Assembly (NCBI GenBank): GCA_054661495.1
Contig: BAAFSQ010000050.1
Span: forward strand, 20,807-52,806
DNA: 32,000 bases
Direction of reading: 5' to 3'
Source of the DNA: Zygophlyctis sp. KS116
Lineage: Eukaryota > Fungi > Chytridiomycota
Shown: positions 11,094 to 23,090 of the stretch, piece after piece
Numbering within the stretch: position 1 is the first letter of the stretch
Layout: the number at the start of each line of letters is the position of its first letter
Notes under the pieces: generated by a model
Told to the model about the DNA's origin: nothing
Databases searched by the model: none
The model's input: only the letters and a program-made list of their open reading frames with translations
Program-made: the position numbers and the translations under genes

Positions 11094-12643
11094 TTAAAAT
11101 CCAATACCAGGAAATTTGTTTGCAAACTCTGTAACTTCTTGTTTCATTTCTAAAATAGCAGGAAAAGCTGCGCCAGAATCTCCCAGAGAGTTTTTAAAGT
11201 CGACTAGTTTTGAGCTCTTAACTTGAGATTGAACATCAAGTGCGATTAAAACACCTTTGTGAATAAAATCAACAACCTTGACAAAATCATCTTCCATGAA
11301 ACCTCTAGTAGTCATTGCTGGTGTACCAACACGCAATCCCCCAGGAATCATTGCACTTTTATCACCAGGAACAGTATTCTTATTAGTAGCAACATTAGCT
11401 AACTCCAAGACTCGTTCTACTCGAGCTCCATCAATTTTCTGAATTAAGCAATTAGAAATACTACCTTATCTCGTAAATCAATCATTAATAGATGAGTGTC
11501 TGTCCCACCAGTCACCAATCTATAGCCTAAATCAAGTAATCGTTTCTCCATGGCTTTTGCATTCTTTAAAACCTGAATTTGATAATCCTTAAATTCTTGA
11601 GTTTGAGTTTGTTTCAAAGCAACAGCCAGCGCTGCAATTGTATGATTATGTGGACCACCTTGATGACCAGGAAAAACAGAAAAATTAATCGGACCTTCTA
11701 AATCATACATGATTTCTTTCTTGAGATTGCTATAACTACCTTTTCCTTTACTATCCACAGATCTTACACCCTTTCTGTAAAATATCATTGCACCTCTAGG
11801 CCCTCTAAGCGATTTATGGGTCGTGGTTGTAACAATGTCCGAAAACTCAAATGGAGAAGGTAACTACTTTGCAGCAATCATTCCACTTATATGTGCCATA
11901 TCCGACATCAGATAAGCTCCGCAGCTATCCGCAATCTATTGAATAATAAAATTAATTAGTTTCAAACCTTTTTCATTTCCGCATAATCCCAATTTCTAGG
12001 ATATGCACTTGCACCAGCAATCAATATTTTTGGTCTAAAATGTGAAGTTAAAACTTTAAGGGCATCAAAATCCACTAGACCTGTTTTCTCATTTACTCGA
12101 TATCCTAAAGTAGAAAAGTAAGTAGAAACGGCAGATATCTTCTTTGAAGGTATCTGATAACCATGGGAAAGATGACCACCATGCGGCAAATCTAAACCCA
12201 TTAATCTATCATGCGGTTTCATTAATGCCTGATACACATACAAATTGGCTGGGGATCCTGATAGTGCTTGAACATTCTAAATATTACGACATAACTATGC
12301 ATACAACACCCCATATTTTAGGATCCAGATCAAATGCTTCCAGAGCCCGTGCCTGGCAAGTGCTCTCTGCCATGTCAATAAACTGATTGCCTCCATAATA
12401 CCTAGCATTAGGATAGCCTTCTGAATATTTATTGGACAGTACCGATCCCAAAGCTTCAAAGACTGCCAATGAAGTAAAGTTCTCTGATGGAATAAGAACT
12501 AACGAGTCTCTCTGGCGACGCTTCTCATTTTCAATAATATCATACAGTTCTGGATCAATGGTCTTTAGCGATCCAGTCAAAATACTATTTGCTCTTCTGA
12601 TGGCAGGAACAGAATATGATCTAAAGGCAGTTGTGAGACTCAT
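11094..12643 (-). CDS. SHM1: Serine hydroxymethyltransferase, probably mitochondrial; contains an in-frame TAG at 11864-11866
   Basis: [61 protein letters not shown] and [13 protein letters not shown]. The Arg/Ser-rich N-terminus looks like a presequence. Introns 12277-12304 (28), 11936-11967 (32), 11716-11739 (24) and 11439-11464 (26). Confidence 0.93.
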
Positions 12644-12665
12644 TTTAGGGCGTTCAAGGCTTTAA

Positions 12666-13112
12666 ATGTCTCAGTCGACGCTTGATTCATTCTTGCTGAC
12701 TTTTACTCTAGGAACAGTTTACATCTCATTGGATTATCTGGTTCATCTTCAATTTGATCATACCGAAGATTTTCTTACTAGATGCATTCAGCATACTCCT
12801 CTAGTCTTGATTTGCTTGTTCTTTATATTTGATAGGCTCTCGAGGCTCAAAAAGAATAGATGGGCTCAGTTGGCATTCATGATTGCTGCCATAACTCTTG
12901 GATGTCGTGTTGTCTATATCACTACTCTCAATAGTACATTGGGTCAAATGCTGCTGGTTCCTAGCTTTGTCGTTTTGTGGACTTTTATGATTATAGAACT
13001 GGATTTGGCATTGGCAATTACTAGCTTAATAGCAGTCATGATCTATTATTACAGAAAGAGTTTAATGGATTTTATTACTCCAGATCCATCGAAATTATTC
13101 AAAGGATTGTAA
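12666..13112 (+). CDS. Uncharacterised multi-pass membrane protein, 148 aa
   Basis: Intronless ORF with several hydrophobic segments. LDYLVHLQF and LWTFMIIELDL resemble, from memory, a conserved fungal DUF family (DUF7719-like); this is not verified. Confidence 0.7.
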   Translation: MSQSTLDSFLLTFTLGTVYISLDYLVHLQFDHTEDFLTRCIQHTPLVLICLFFIFDRLSRLKKNRWAQLAFMIAAITLGCRVVYITTLNSTLGQMLLVPSFVVLWTFMIIELDLALAITSLIAVMIYYYRKSLMDFITPDPSKLFKGL

Positions 13113-13125
13113 TTTTTGTAATAAA

Positions 13126-16100
13126 TTAGTTTTCCTCCAAGGCTTCAAGTTTCGCTGTAATATTGGCTAAAGGATATGAACTCGTGCTACTGGAGATTGA
13201 ATTAGATCGATTAGTGGATGTCGAAGAAAATAATCTTCTTTGAATACTGCTTATTGTCGGACTCTGATCCATATCCGAATTTTTCCTAGATCCAGCATTG
13301 AAAACTGATTTGTCAAAATTATTCACGAGTTCCAAGACTGAAGCTCTTTGAAGCACTTGATCCATAGTCTCCGAGTCAATAGAGTTTAATCGGTCTGAAT
13401 AGTTCAAGTCGAGCGATGTCTTGATTTTAAAAGGAATGCCTGGTTTAGAGTATTTAAATTTCCTCATTGATCCAAGCTTAATTCTTGCTTTATCAAGTTG
13501 TTTTTCCAACTTTAATATATTCAATTTGGCGTCAATTTCTTCTGCTTTCATTGAAGTTTGAGTAATCGAGGAAGAGAAATTCTCAATTTTTTCCTGAGAT
13601 ATATGGGATTCACAAATATTGACCAGTTTTTCATTTGCAGACATTAATTGCTTTCCAGTCGAGTTCAAGACCAGTTGTGATTTAGATGTCGCTGTTGTAT
13701 GAACAGATGAAGCAGTCAATATTTGCACGGTAGATGCATTTATTTGACGGGCTGTAGCAATTATAATAAGAATTTGGTTATTGTCGTCATTCACCTTTTT
13801 TACAAGATCTCCAAGTTCTTTTGTAGAAATTCCGACATCTTTTGCTGCTGATACAATGCCATCTGACCAAGTACCGTCCGAAAAATACACTAACATAAAA
13901 TTTTAAAACTTACTAGCTTCGGCAATAGGCAATGTTTTTCCTTTCTTAACAATTTCTCTTTGAGTAACAATTGACGCCTTTATTAATGCGGTTGCTGCAT
14001 AAGTAATTTCTTTTAAAGCCTTTATAATAAACTCTTGGAAACAATCTTCCAAATTACCACCATCATCAGGGCTAGAATGAGATTGAGCAGACTGATTTTT
14101 CATTTGCCAAGATACCTGCTCCAATGAGTTGGCCAAAGTTGCTAAATCTCTAGCATTTATCAAATTAGGGTCTGTTTTATCCCAAAATCCTTCCGGTTCT
14201 AGTTTGGTTACGAAAACTCTAAATTCTGCAAGATAGGTTTCAAAAATATCTTTACTCTTAATCAGATTATCCAGTGTTTGGTCATTGCAGTAAAGTTTTT
14301 GATATTTGAAGTTTTTCAAGACTGTTTGAAGCGATTCAAATAAAGTTTTGATGCTTTTTTTACAATTTTCATTAATAGATGAAGGCGCATTCTCAATACA
14401 CGCCTGTACACCTTCCAATAACGCTAAAGATTTTAACTTTAAGATATTTAGATTGCGACAAAGTAAGTTATGATCTGATGCACTATCTCCAATAATTAAA
14501 TGAACAGCATCTTCGAATGAATGTATTGTGATGAGCACTTCAGCAGGGTTTTCTAGCCCGTACAAAATATCTTCTGATAAGAATCTTTCCAAGCTTCTTT
14601 TTAGAGACAGCTGCGTGGAATCGATCGAATCAATAAAAATTTCGTCAGTTGCAATGATCGAGTTGATGTCTGAAATAGCCTGTTTTAGCGTATTTTGGCA
14701 ACCTTTAAACAATCGATCACAATGATTTTGATCTATATTCATACCAGTATCTTTTAAAGCAAGAAGCTCATTGATGCTATTAAATACAGAAAGGATCGTC
14801 AGTCTAAATTCTGATAAGAATGATACTTGTTTTCCTTGGTCTCCAATTGAGGAAATCATGGCTGCTCCCTCAAGAGCAAATTTCCCTGTTAAAATCAGAT
14901 GTTGAAGACTTTGCGTAACTGCCTTCTGCACTTCCCGCTTGGACATTTTAGAAGCTTTCGAGATACAGCCAAATGAATTTAAAAGATGATTGATTTCTTT
15001 TAAAAGAGTTTGCTTTTGATCGGTGAAATTCTTATCGAAAGATATTGGATTCAGCTGTCCGGAAGTTGACAATACTATTGCTGAATCAAAATCCTTGATA
15101 ATCTGATTCACAGATCGCAAGCTTTTTTCACATTCCAGAAATTGATGAGATCCATTATCAATGCTTTCCTTAATTTCAGAGAGTTTTCTTTTGAGAAATG
15201 CGGAAAGTTGATTAACAGACATTATATCTTCATTTCGCATGCCTTCTATGAAATGTATCAATAAACCACCCAGGTCTTTCTGGGCTTCCTTCAAATATGA
15301 ATGTAATATAGAATCACGTATAATTAAAGATGCACCAATAATTTCATTTGCTAAATTTATGTACCATGAGGGAAGCTGCTCCGCTAGCTCCAATATTTCT
15401 GGGATTTTAGAATCACTAATATGATCCGTTAATTCATCTACAAACTCTTGAAAAATAAGTTCGGATTCTACTATTTGAGCAATATAGTCCATCAATGTTT
15501 TATCCCCAGACACATAATTCCTTTCTAGATCATTAAAATATACAATTGTTTTTTCAACTTGCTGAATGACTTTATTATATTCATCTAACGAATCACCTGT
15601 TATTCCGATTAAAAATGCCGTCAATCCAGATAAATGATTTCTAAGTTCGACCTTGTGAGGAATAATATAGCTTATCATTTCATCATTACTCTTCAGAACT
15701 GCAACTTCGATTTTTTCGAGAAACTGAATCATGTTTATTCCGAGTTTACTGTACATATCAAATAGAGAAGTTCTGTATGTAACCTTTAAAATTAAATTAA
15801 TCTAGCCGTACATGCAGTGCGGAACCGATATCAATGGTTATAAGTACATTATTGGTAAATTGCTTCACCATATCAAGGAGAGCATCCTCAGTCCTATCAA
15901 AATTCGTTGATGTTTCTTCTGGAGCTAAAACTATTTCAAGAAGACTTGAAATGCACGATAATGAGTCAACCAAAATTCGTCGATTGTGAGGATCTTTGCT
16001 TCCAGAATTGAAACCAGAGGGCTCGCACGGCGCCCTTTTCAATATATCAATAGACTTCCCAATGGATAATTTTCCAGCCTCGCATTCAGTAAACAAAGGC

Positions 16101-19100
16101 CTTTCCTTTGAGATCGCGAAAATCAATTCAGACACGGCTTCTCGCAAACAAGAAACGCTATAGCTCCCTTCAGAAGGATTTTTCTTTAGGCGGCTTAGTA
16201 CATCACGAGCTGATTCGATGAGTGTAATATTTTTGTCGAATAATCTCCTTTGTTTCAAAGCAACTTTTGAGCTAACTATACATTCTTTCTTCCCAAATTT
16301 AGGCATCTCACATGCTATAGCCAAACTATCAATGCTCTTTAGCAGATATTCCGCGGAGCGTCGATAATTTCCCCTAGATTCATCAGTCTGGCTAGTAGCA
16401 AGAGCTTTTAACCCATCTATTAAAAGTGAAATATTCATGCCAATTTCTTGGGCTTGATTTGAGAAGTACAGTCTGTCTTCAGGATTTAGGCATTCATTTT
16501 TGGAAATATGTTTTGTTTGAATTAAAATCTTCCCAGTGAGTTTGGCTATATCTTGCGCTACATTAAGCACTAAGTCTCTAGAGACATCTGGATGATATAA
16601 TCGTTCGATCGTGTTTCGCAATTTGGAATTTTTCTGCTTAAAATACTCCTGATCAATTAGAGATGGAGATGGAAGCTGAGTTGAACTATCGGAATATGCA
16701 ATAAAACTAATAATATCACAATTAGCTAAAGTAATGCGCTTAATACTGGATGCAACCGTCTCTGCTATCTCCTTTGATGTAGAAAGTTCATTTATAGACG
16801 AAAACTTTTTGGCCACCATCACTCCCTCTAAATTAGTATTTTCGATAAGTTCTTCCAAGGTAAAATCTTTTACGACGTTTTCGACAGCCTTTTCCAAAAA
16901 GAAAAATGCTTCATCTAGCTGTTTGATAGAAGTTACGAATGGATTCTTAGAATTTGAGGCTAATATAAGTGAATCCATTAATAAATGAATTGTGTCAATA
17001 GTTTCCCTCAGTTTTCGAGAAACCGATTCAGCTGCATTAACGGGTGAGAAAACTAAAGAGCCCCTTATTGCTCCAACTAATTCTATAACTAATTGCCTCA
17101 TTCTATAAATTTTCCCTTCCAAATCATCTCTTAAAGAAGTATCATAGGAAGCTTTCGATAAATTAATTGATTCGTTCGTGAACTTTTGGTAAGATTCTTC
17201 AAAATTTAATATATCTTGCTGTAGTTGATTGTTATCCGATAAATCAGATTTAGCTAAAGCACTGGATGCAACAGCGACGGCTAATGCCGCCTGACGAAGA
17301 TTATTTTCAAGATCGTAAATGATGTCCTCGTCTGATATTAATTCGGGTGATGCTTCGAGAGACCAAAATGCCATAGAATTTTCTGAAGCTGCTATAATAT
17401 TTTCTTCCAACTTAATCAGCTCTTGGGCCCCTGGTAGGAAGTCATTCAACCCTTCAACAGTTATAATCGATTCGTTGATAAGACTTTCAAGATCGGCAAC
17501 TATGGGGAGACCTTCTCGGATGTTCTTTTGAATTGTTTGAAGCATAAAATCAAGCGATGAGCCGACTGAATTTAGCACACGCAAAATGTTTTTTGCTTCA
17601 TCATTTGATCCATCGTAATCAGACAGCTGCGTCGATGAATATGCCAGATTCTGATAATCTGAAACAAGACTAATTGCTAGGTCTCCGGCCGAAGATTTAT
17701 CATATTCGATGTCTTTCTGCTTCAATGAATTCAATTGAATATTAATGTTCTTAATTCTTAAATTTATCGATGATTGCAGTTCATCTTTTGTATAAAATTC
17801 CTTGCTATCCAAATTGATGATTTTTGTAGAGCTATTTAATGCATTCTCCAGCTCATTTTGGGTAGCTTTTAAAGAGGCTATAGCATGATTGATTTCATCT
17901 TTTCCCTTTAAATGGTTAGCGCAGGAACATCCTTTTTTTAGCTCTTCCATATCGTTTGAAATCTGATTAATAGCAGAAGAAAGATTTTCTTTCACAGATT
18001 GATCAGAAACAGTAGACATAATGTTCTTGCATGAAATCATAAGTTTTTCGCAGTTTTCTGTAAATGAACTTGCTTCTTTTATCAATACTGACCGGCCCAC
18101 ATGATCTTTTGGCTTGTCTTTCATAAACTTTAGTGCCTGAACGCATCCTGGGATGATACTGTACATATCCTTTATGTTTTTTGTAACATTTATTTGCGAA
18201 GTCTGGTCTCTGTTGAATACACCTGCAGACTTTGCAGTTGATATTAGATGATGAGCCGAAGAGAGAGTGTTTGTAAAAGCTCTCGATATCTTCTTTGTTG
18301 AAGCGGCTATAATGTATGGAGCAGCCAAGATTTCGAGTTTTGCTTGGGTATCATTTATAAAACCTGAAAAGGTATTTTTTGTTTCGAAGTCATCCCATTT
18401 TTTCGCAGCAACTTTAGCATTTTCTGTCAATAATTCATTTAATTTTGATATTATGTTGCTGTCATTTATAGCTAGAATGCGTTCACTTTCAGATCTGAAT
18501 TGCTCTGATTTCCCCTTCAAAATTGTACACAAGTTTTCCATTAGATTAATTAAATCTTTAGAATGCTGAAGCAGTGAGTTCACCCCCATATTTTCCAATA
18601 ATTCAATTGTAGCTATATGTATATATTCAAATAAAACCTCGATCTCATCTAAGTATTCTGCCTCTTCATTCTTTAGTCTATCTATTAAAGCTGCTAGTTT
18701 AATTTCAGTTTTCTCGACAGAATCAACAAAATCAGATATTATTTGTGGATCAGACACAAAATCTTTCTTAATTGTAGGAGGTTTCAAGGATTCTTCCATA
18801 AGAATAATACCCAAGAAAAACGTTTCCCGAGACCTGGGTAAATCCAATACAGGACTCAGAACTTCCGTGATGGCGACCAGCATACTTGACGTTTCCATGA
18901 GATTATATGTATATTGCTGAATATTTTGGAGAAGATCTTCGTCAAGGATAGAAGAATGCAGCCACACAGCTTTTTCTTGTATCAATTCAACAGATTGTGC
19001 GACTTCTCCCGCACTTATTATGATTTTTTTCTGTTCGGCCTCATCAATCCCAAGCTTATTTATGAAAAAAAGTAGTTCAGATATTCTATCAGCCAGCTGG

Positions 19101-20969
19101 CTTGTCGATTCATAAAACTTTTCCATAAAAGTTTCTCCCAGAATTATATTTTTAAGAGCTGCTAAAACCGAAATAAAAGAATCCAAAAGTGACTTGCCTA
19201 ATTGAATCACCAGTCCTGATTCTTGCAAAATGAATAGCGTTGCGAGAACTTTTATATTCTGAGCCATTTGTCGAAGATTTTCAATCATCGCATTTAAATT
19301 GGATCCTATAATTGCGTATTCCATATAATATATATTTCCCGTTGCATGCATAATGATATTAGATAAAGCAGATAATTTGCTAGCAGATAAAGATGCAATA
19401 GTTTCAATATTGATATTTAACAGATCATTCTTCCAGGCTTCCAAAGATGGATCTTCATGAAGATCAGAAGAGTTCATAACTACGAATAGATCCGCTTTAA
19501 TAGTTTCAGCGATAACAAAACCATTACGAAGCGCTTCCAATGTTTTTCTCTGCTTTTCAGCAATCGTCCCATCATCACATAGCCCTTTAATGGAGAAACT
19601 TTCTCTTGCAGCTTTAGTTTGCCTTGTCGCATCATCAAAATTTTCCTCCAAGAGATCTTGCCCCATCTGCTTCTTTATGGTGGGCGAAATTGCTATTTGC
19701 TTTTTCGCATCAAACATTGATGAATTCTGAGCATAATTGGCTTGATCTTTTCTAGATTTCAATATGCAGTTTATATATCCTGATACTTGTTGAGCAATCT
19801 CATCTCCTTGATTGGTTTCAAACGCATAGTATGAATCCGCAAAATCACCTAGATCCAAGGTAAAACTTTCATCAAAACTACTTATATTACCTATTTTCTG
19901 TAGCAGCCCACCGTCTTATTTGGGTTAGCTTCCATTCACACAATACTTGATTACTTTTTCTATCCATTTTCAGAATCCCATTTTTAGAAACTCCTAATAA
20001 ATATTGAATAATTGATTTTTTATTTGATGTCCGCTCCTAGTTTCATTAATTTGAAAGATTGTACATTAACAAGAAAAAAAGTTATCCCATATGTTTTTAG
20101 AGAGCGTGATAACTGTACATACTTAAATTTAGCACTGATGCTAGATATTGAATACAATTTTGCATGCTCTACATAAATCTTTTTTTCTACATCTTTTTGT
20201 TTCATGTATTCTGTTGGAATAAAATCCTTCAATACTAAAAATCCCTTTTTAAATCGATCTGGCTCATGATTCCCAAAAGTTATTTGCAATTGAAGTGCTG
20301 CAAACGCAATAGCCTCATCTAAAGTGATTGGATGTTTTCCTTGTAGAATCATATCACATGCCTGACTGTACAATAGCCCCAATTGAACCGGATCATCCTT
20401 ATCTACTTGCTGATCCGAAAAATAAAATTTCTTCTTTAAAAGAACCATATCAACTTCTCCAATGCATTGCTGTCTTAAAGTCTGATCTGGATCTAACCAT
20501 TTACCTATAATTTCTAAATAATATCAGGTACATACTTTCATTTTTAGTTTGTGAAATCTTTGATTTTTCAACAACTGGAACCAGTGAATATTCAATAGAA
20601 TTAGATAATCCAATTTTTTGACAAATCGCTGATACAATTTTGTGTATTGGTAGAGATTCATCAATCATCACTGATTTCATAGTCTTGTCCATCAGCATAA
20701 CTTTAAGAACTCGTTGCCTCTTTCGAAGCTCCAAAACTTCTCCATACTTTAGTCCATATTCTTCCAATTTCTTGCATGGGTCGAGCCATGTCTTGTTAAA
20801 CAGAAGCCCACGGTCCGTCGTGTCGCAGTCATATTTCTGTTGGATAAATTGGATAGAATCCTGGACTTTTCGTTCCAATGGCAGCTAGAGTCATTAATAG
20901 TAAAAATACCTGGACTATCTTGTGTAGTTTCTTTTCTGGAAAATATATTTTCAATGATATATTGGACAT
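13126..20969 (-). CDS. Talin (FERM F0-F3 head, helical rod, I/LWEQ actin-binding domain), about 2560 aa
   Basis: Start MSNISLKIYF at 20969. F1/F2 KKKFYFSDQQVDKDDPVQLGLLYSQ; F3 IRRWAATENSFTLDLGDF...EIAQQVSGYI; I/LWEQ DGTWSDGIVSAA; dimerisation helix ILKLEKQLDKARIKLGSMRKFKY. Introns 20885-20909 (25), 20505-20535 (31, or 22), 20037-20064 (28), 19866-19890 (25), 15784-15811 (28) and 13890-13913 (24). Confidence 0.93.
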
Positions 20970-21000
20970 TGTATTTAAAACGGTAATTTTCCGTACTTTA

Positions 21001-22249
21001 CTATGCAGCCAATAGTTTGACTGAAATCAAGAGTATTGCCTCTAAATTCTTTTGTAATGCTTTAACTAATTCCATATTTTCATTCGTTTGAGAAACAATT
21101 GATTCATAGTCTAGATCAACATCTCGTTCTTCTCTTGTCCAATGTCTAGCACTATTCTGCAAAGATTCTACTCGGTTTGAGAATTGAGATTGATTCAATT
21201 CTATATTTTCAATATTTAAATAGATTTTTGTAATGTATTCAGAGTTGTAAATTGTGTCCAAGTATGACATAAATTGTTGACAGCTCATTTCACTTTTCCT
21301 TTTTGTTTTTTCAGAAGATGTGATTAGTCCAACACTATTAGAAACTCTCCTTTGACTAGCTATAGAAGCACTTGCGTCTGATTTACTATTATTTCTTGAT
21401 GATTTTTGTGCCGATCCCCCCCTTGATAAATATACACGTCCAGTCCCCTTGTCTAAGAAGGATGAATATTTAGAAAAAGCATCAGAGACTAAATCTTCTC
21501 TTGCGGGAATAATCTTATCTTCTACTAATAAGAGAAAAATAAAATAAGTTCTAGAGTCAACTCCTTCTAACTTAAATCTCTTCATACAAGTAGCCACTAG
21601 ATTATCAATAGTCATTGTTTCATCTAGTAGTATAGTTTTTGATGCTGATTTTGATTCAAAATTATCTGCATACACTTTAAGTAAATGTAATTTTGACTAA
21701 AATTATAAAATATTAAAGTTACTTTTCCAAAAACTGTTAGATATTTCTTGAACCATTTTGATTTTTTAAAGGATTTTAGATTAAACCATTTCGACATTAA
21801 AGAATTTGAGCTTGTATTGTTTGAAGATTCCTTTGAAATCACTAGAGTTTTATCCCGTTCAACCGGTGGAGGAGGAATTATATTATAATGAACTAGAGAA
21901 GAAAATCCAACCTTTTTCTTCTTTTCAGAGACATTTACTCTTGAGTCTAAAATTTCAGATTCTAACGGTTTTGTCTCTTCTATATTCTTTGCTCTATTAA
22001 ACCTTGCAACTCTTTCGCATGGCAACTATAACATTATAAAAGTATACTTACTTCAACATACTCTGCAGGAACGTATCCAACTTGATTTGATCGTAAATTC
22101 TTTACATACCACCACAGTTTATCTTCATCATTTATTAAGAGGAGTGGATCATTTGGAAAGAGAGATATCTGACCTTCTTGAGCGGCATCAAAAGAAGCCA
22201 TGGCTGTGAATGTACTTGATTGATGATTTCTTTGGGGAATCTCACTCAT
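21001..22249 (-). CDS. Tea4/Bud14-like polarity protein (SH3, RVxF PP1-docking motif, RA/ubiquitin-like domain, C-terminal coiled coil), about 398 aa
   Basis: SH3 (WWYVKNLRSNQVGYVPAEYVE) is followed by LPCERVARFNRAKN, matching the Bud14/Tea4 pattern ETPxERLARLNxxxN. Also KKKVGFS and the RA-like LKVYADNF...KTILLDETMTIDNLVATCMKRFKL. Introns 22026-22051 and 21697-21722 (26 each). Confidence 0.75.
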
Positions 22250-22287
22250 TGGAATCTTTATTACGTTCTAAATGGCGCGAACTCGGA

Positions 22288-22864
22288 TTATTTACTCTTT
22301 GATCCTATAATTACAATTGATTTTGTACCTTTAAAGGCCTTTATCTCCTTTTTAACTAGAGTATTAATTTTCTTAAAAGTCTTTCTGTAAAATCCCAATT
22401 CAAAAATAACTTCTGAAATTACAAAAAGTGGAGCAAATACAAATGCTCCCAACAAATTATCTAAAAATGCCGGTGATCTCTAACTTTTACTCTTTATAAA
22501 TCACCTTTTCAAAGACTGCATGACCTAATAATTGTATAATCCAAGCCATTATATGAATTACTAGAGATATTTTCCAACTTTCCAATCCATTTAAACTCTT
22601 GTATCCTATTTCATGTGCTAAATAGTTGCAAGAAAATAGAAAAATTCCACCTATACTCCCAATTACAGGGTGTAAATAGACGTATACTAGAGAATATAGT
22701 AAAGTTAAAAGGTTTGCTAAATCCTCTACAAGAGCAATCTTTACTCTTACAAGAAATAAGAGAGCAGTTGCAACTATTATGGGAATAGTTATAATATGAA
22801 TCCATTTATTGACCGGATTAGCATGGTATGATCCATACTGGACTAAATGTTTCTCAAAACTCAT
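22288..22864 (-). CDS. MPO1: Mpo1-like (DUF962) 2-hydroxy fatty acid dioxygenase, about 183 aa
   Basis: YGSYHANPVNKWIHIITIP and, after intron 22480-22504 (25 nt), WIIQLLGHAVFEKRSPAFLDNL. Possible extra in-frame intron at 22305-22328. Confidence 0.88.
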
Positions 22865-23090
22865 TCTTCTAGACTTTGGATCGCGTGAATTTTCTTTCAA
22901 GTCTCAAAATTTTCTTAAAAATCAAAAATTTTCTTTAAAATTTACTTTTTAATTCTCAAGGGCGGTGGAACCCTGAATTTCCTTTTGAGACTCCAGGTTT
23001 TTGTCTAGGAGCAGATTTTCACTCAAAGTCAAATTCTGCAAAAAGATCAAAAGATCCAATCAGTAAAACAGAAAACAGTAAAACAGTAAA

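Noticed and set aside
11846-11867. Intron GTAGTT...GAG that would remove the SHMT TAG
   Set aside because: It would be 22 nt long, shift the frame and delete the conserved PSPFE.
20969-21003. Fusion of the Tea4-like gene and talin into one protein
   Set aside because: The upstream gene ends in a helix and TAG, and talin has its own canonical start (MSNISLKI).
22900-23030. RRPE-like AAAATTTT words and two small hairpins in the MPO1/FCF1 spacer
   Set aside because: Such words are expected by chance at this AT content, and no box motifs support an ncRNA.
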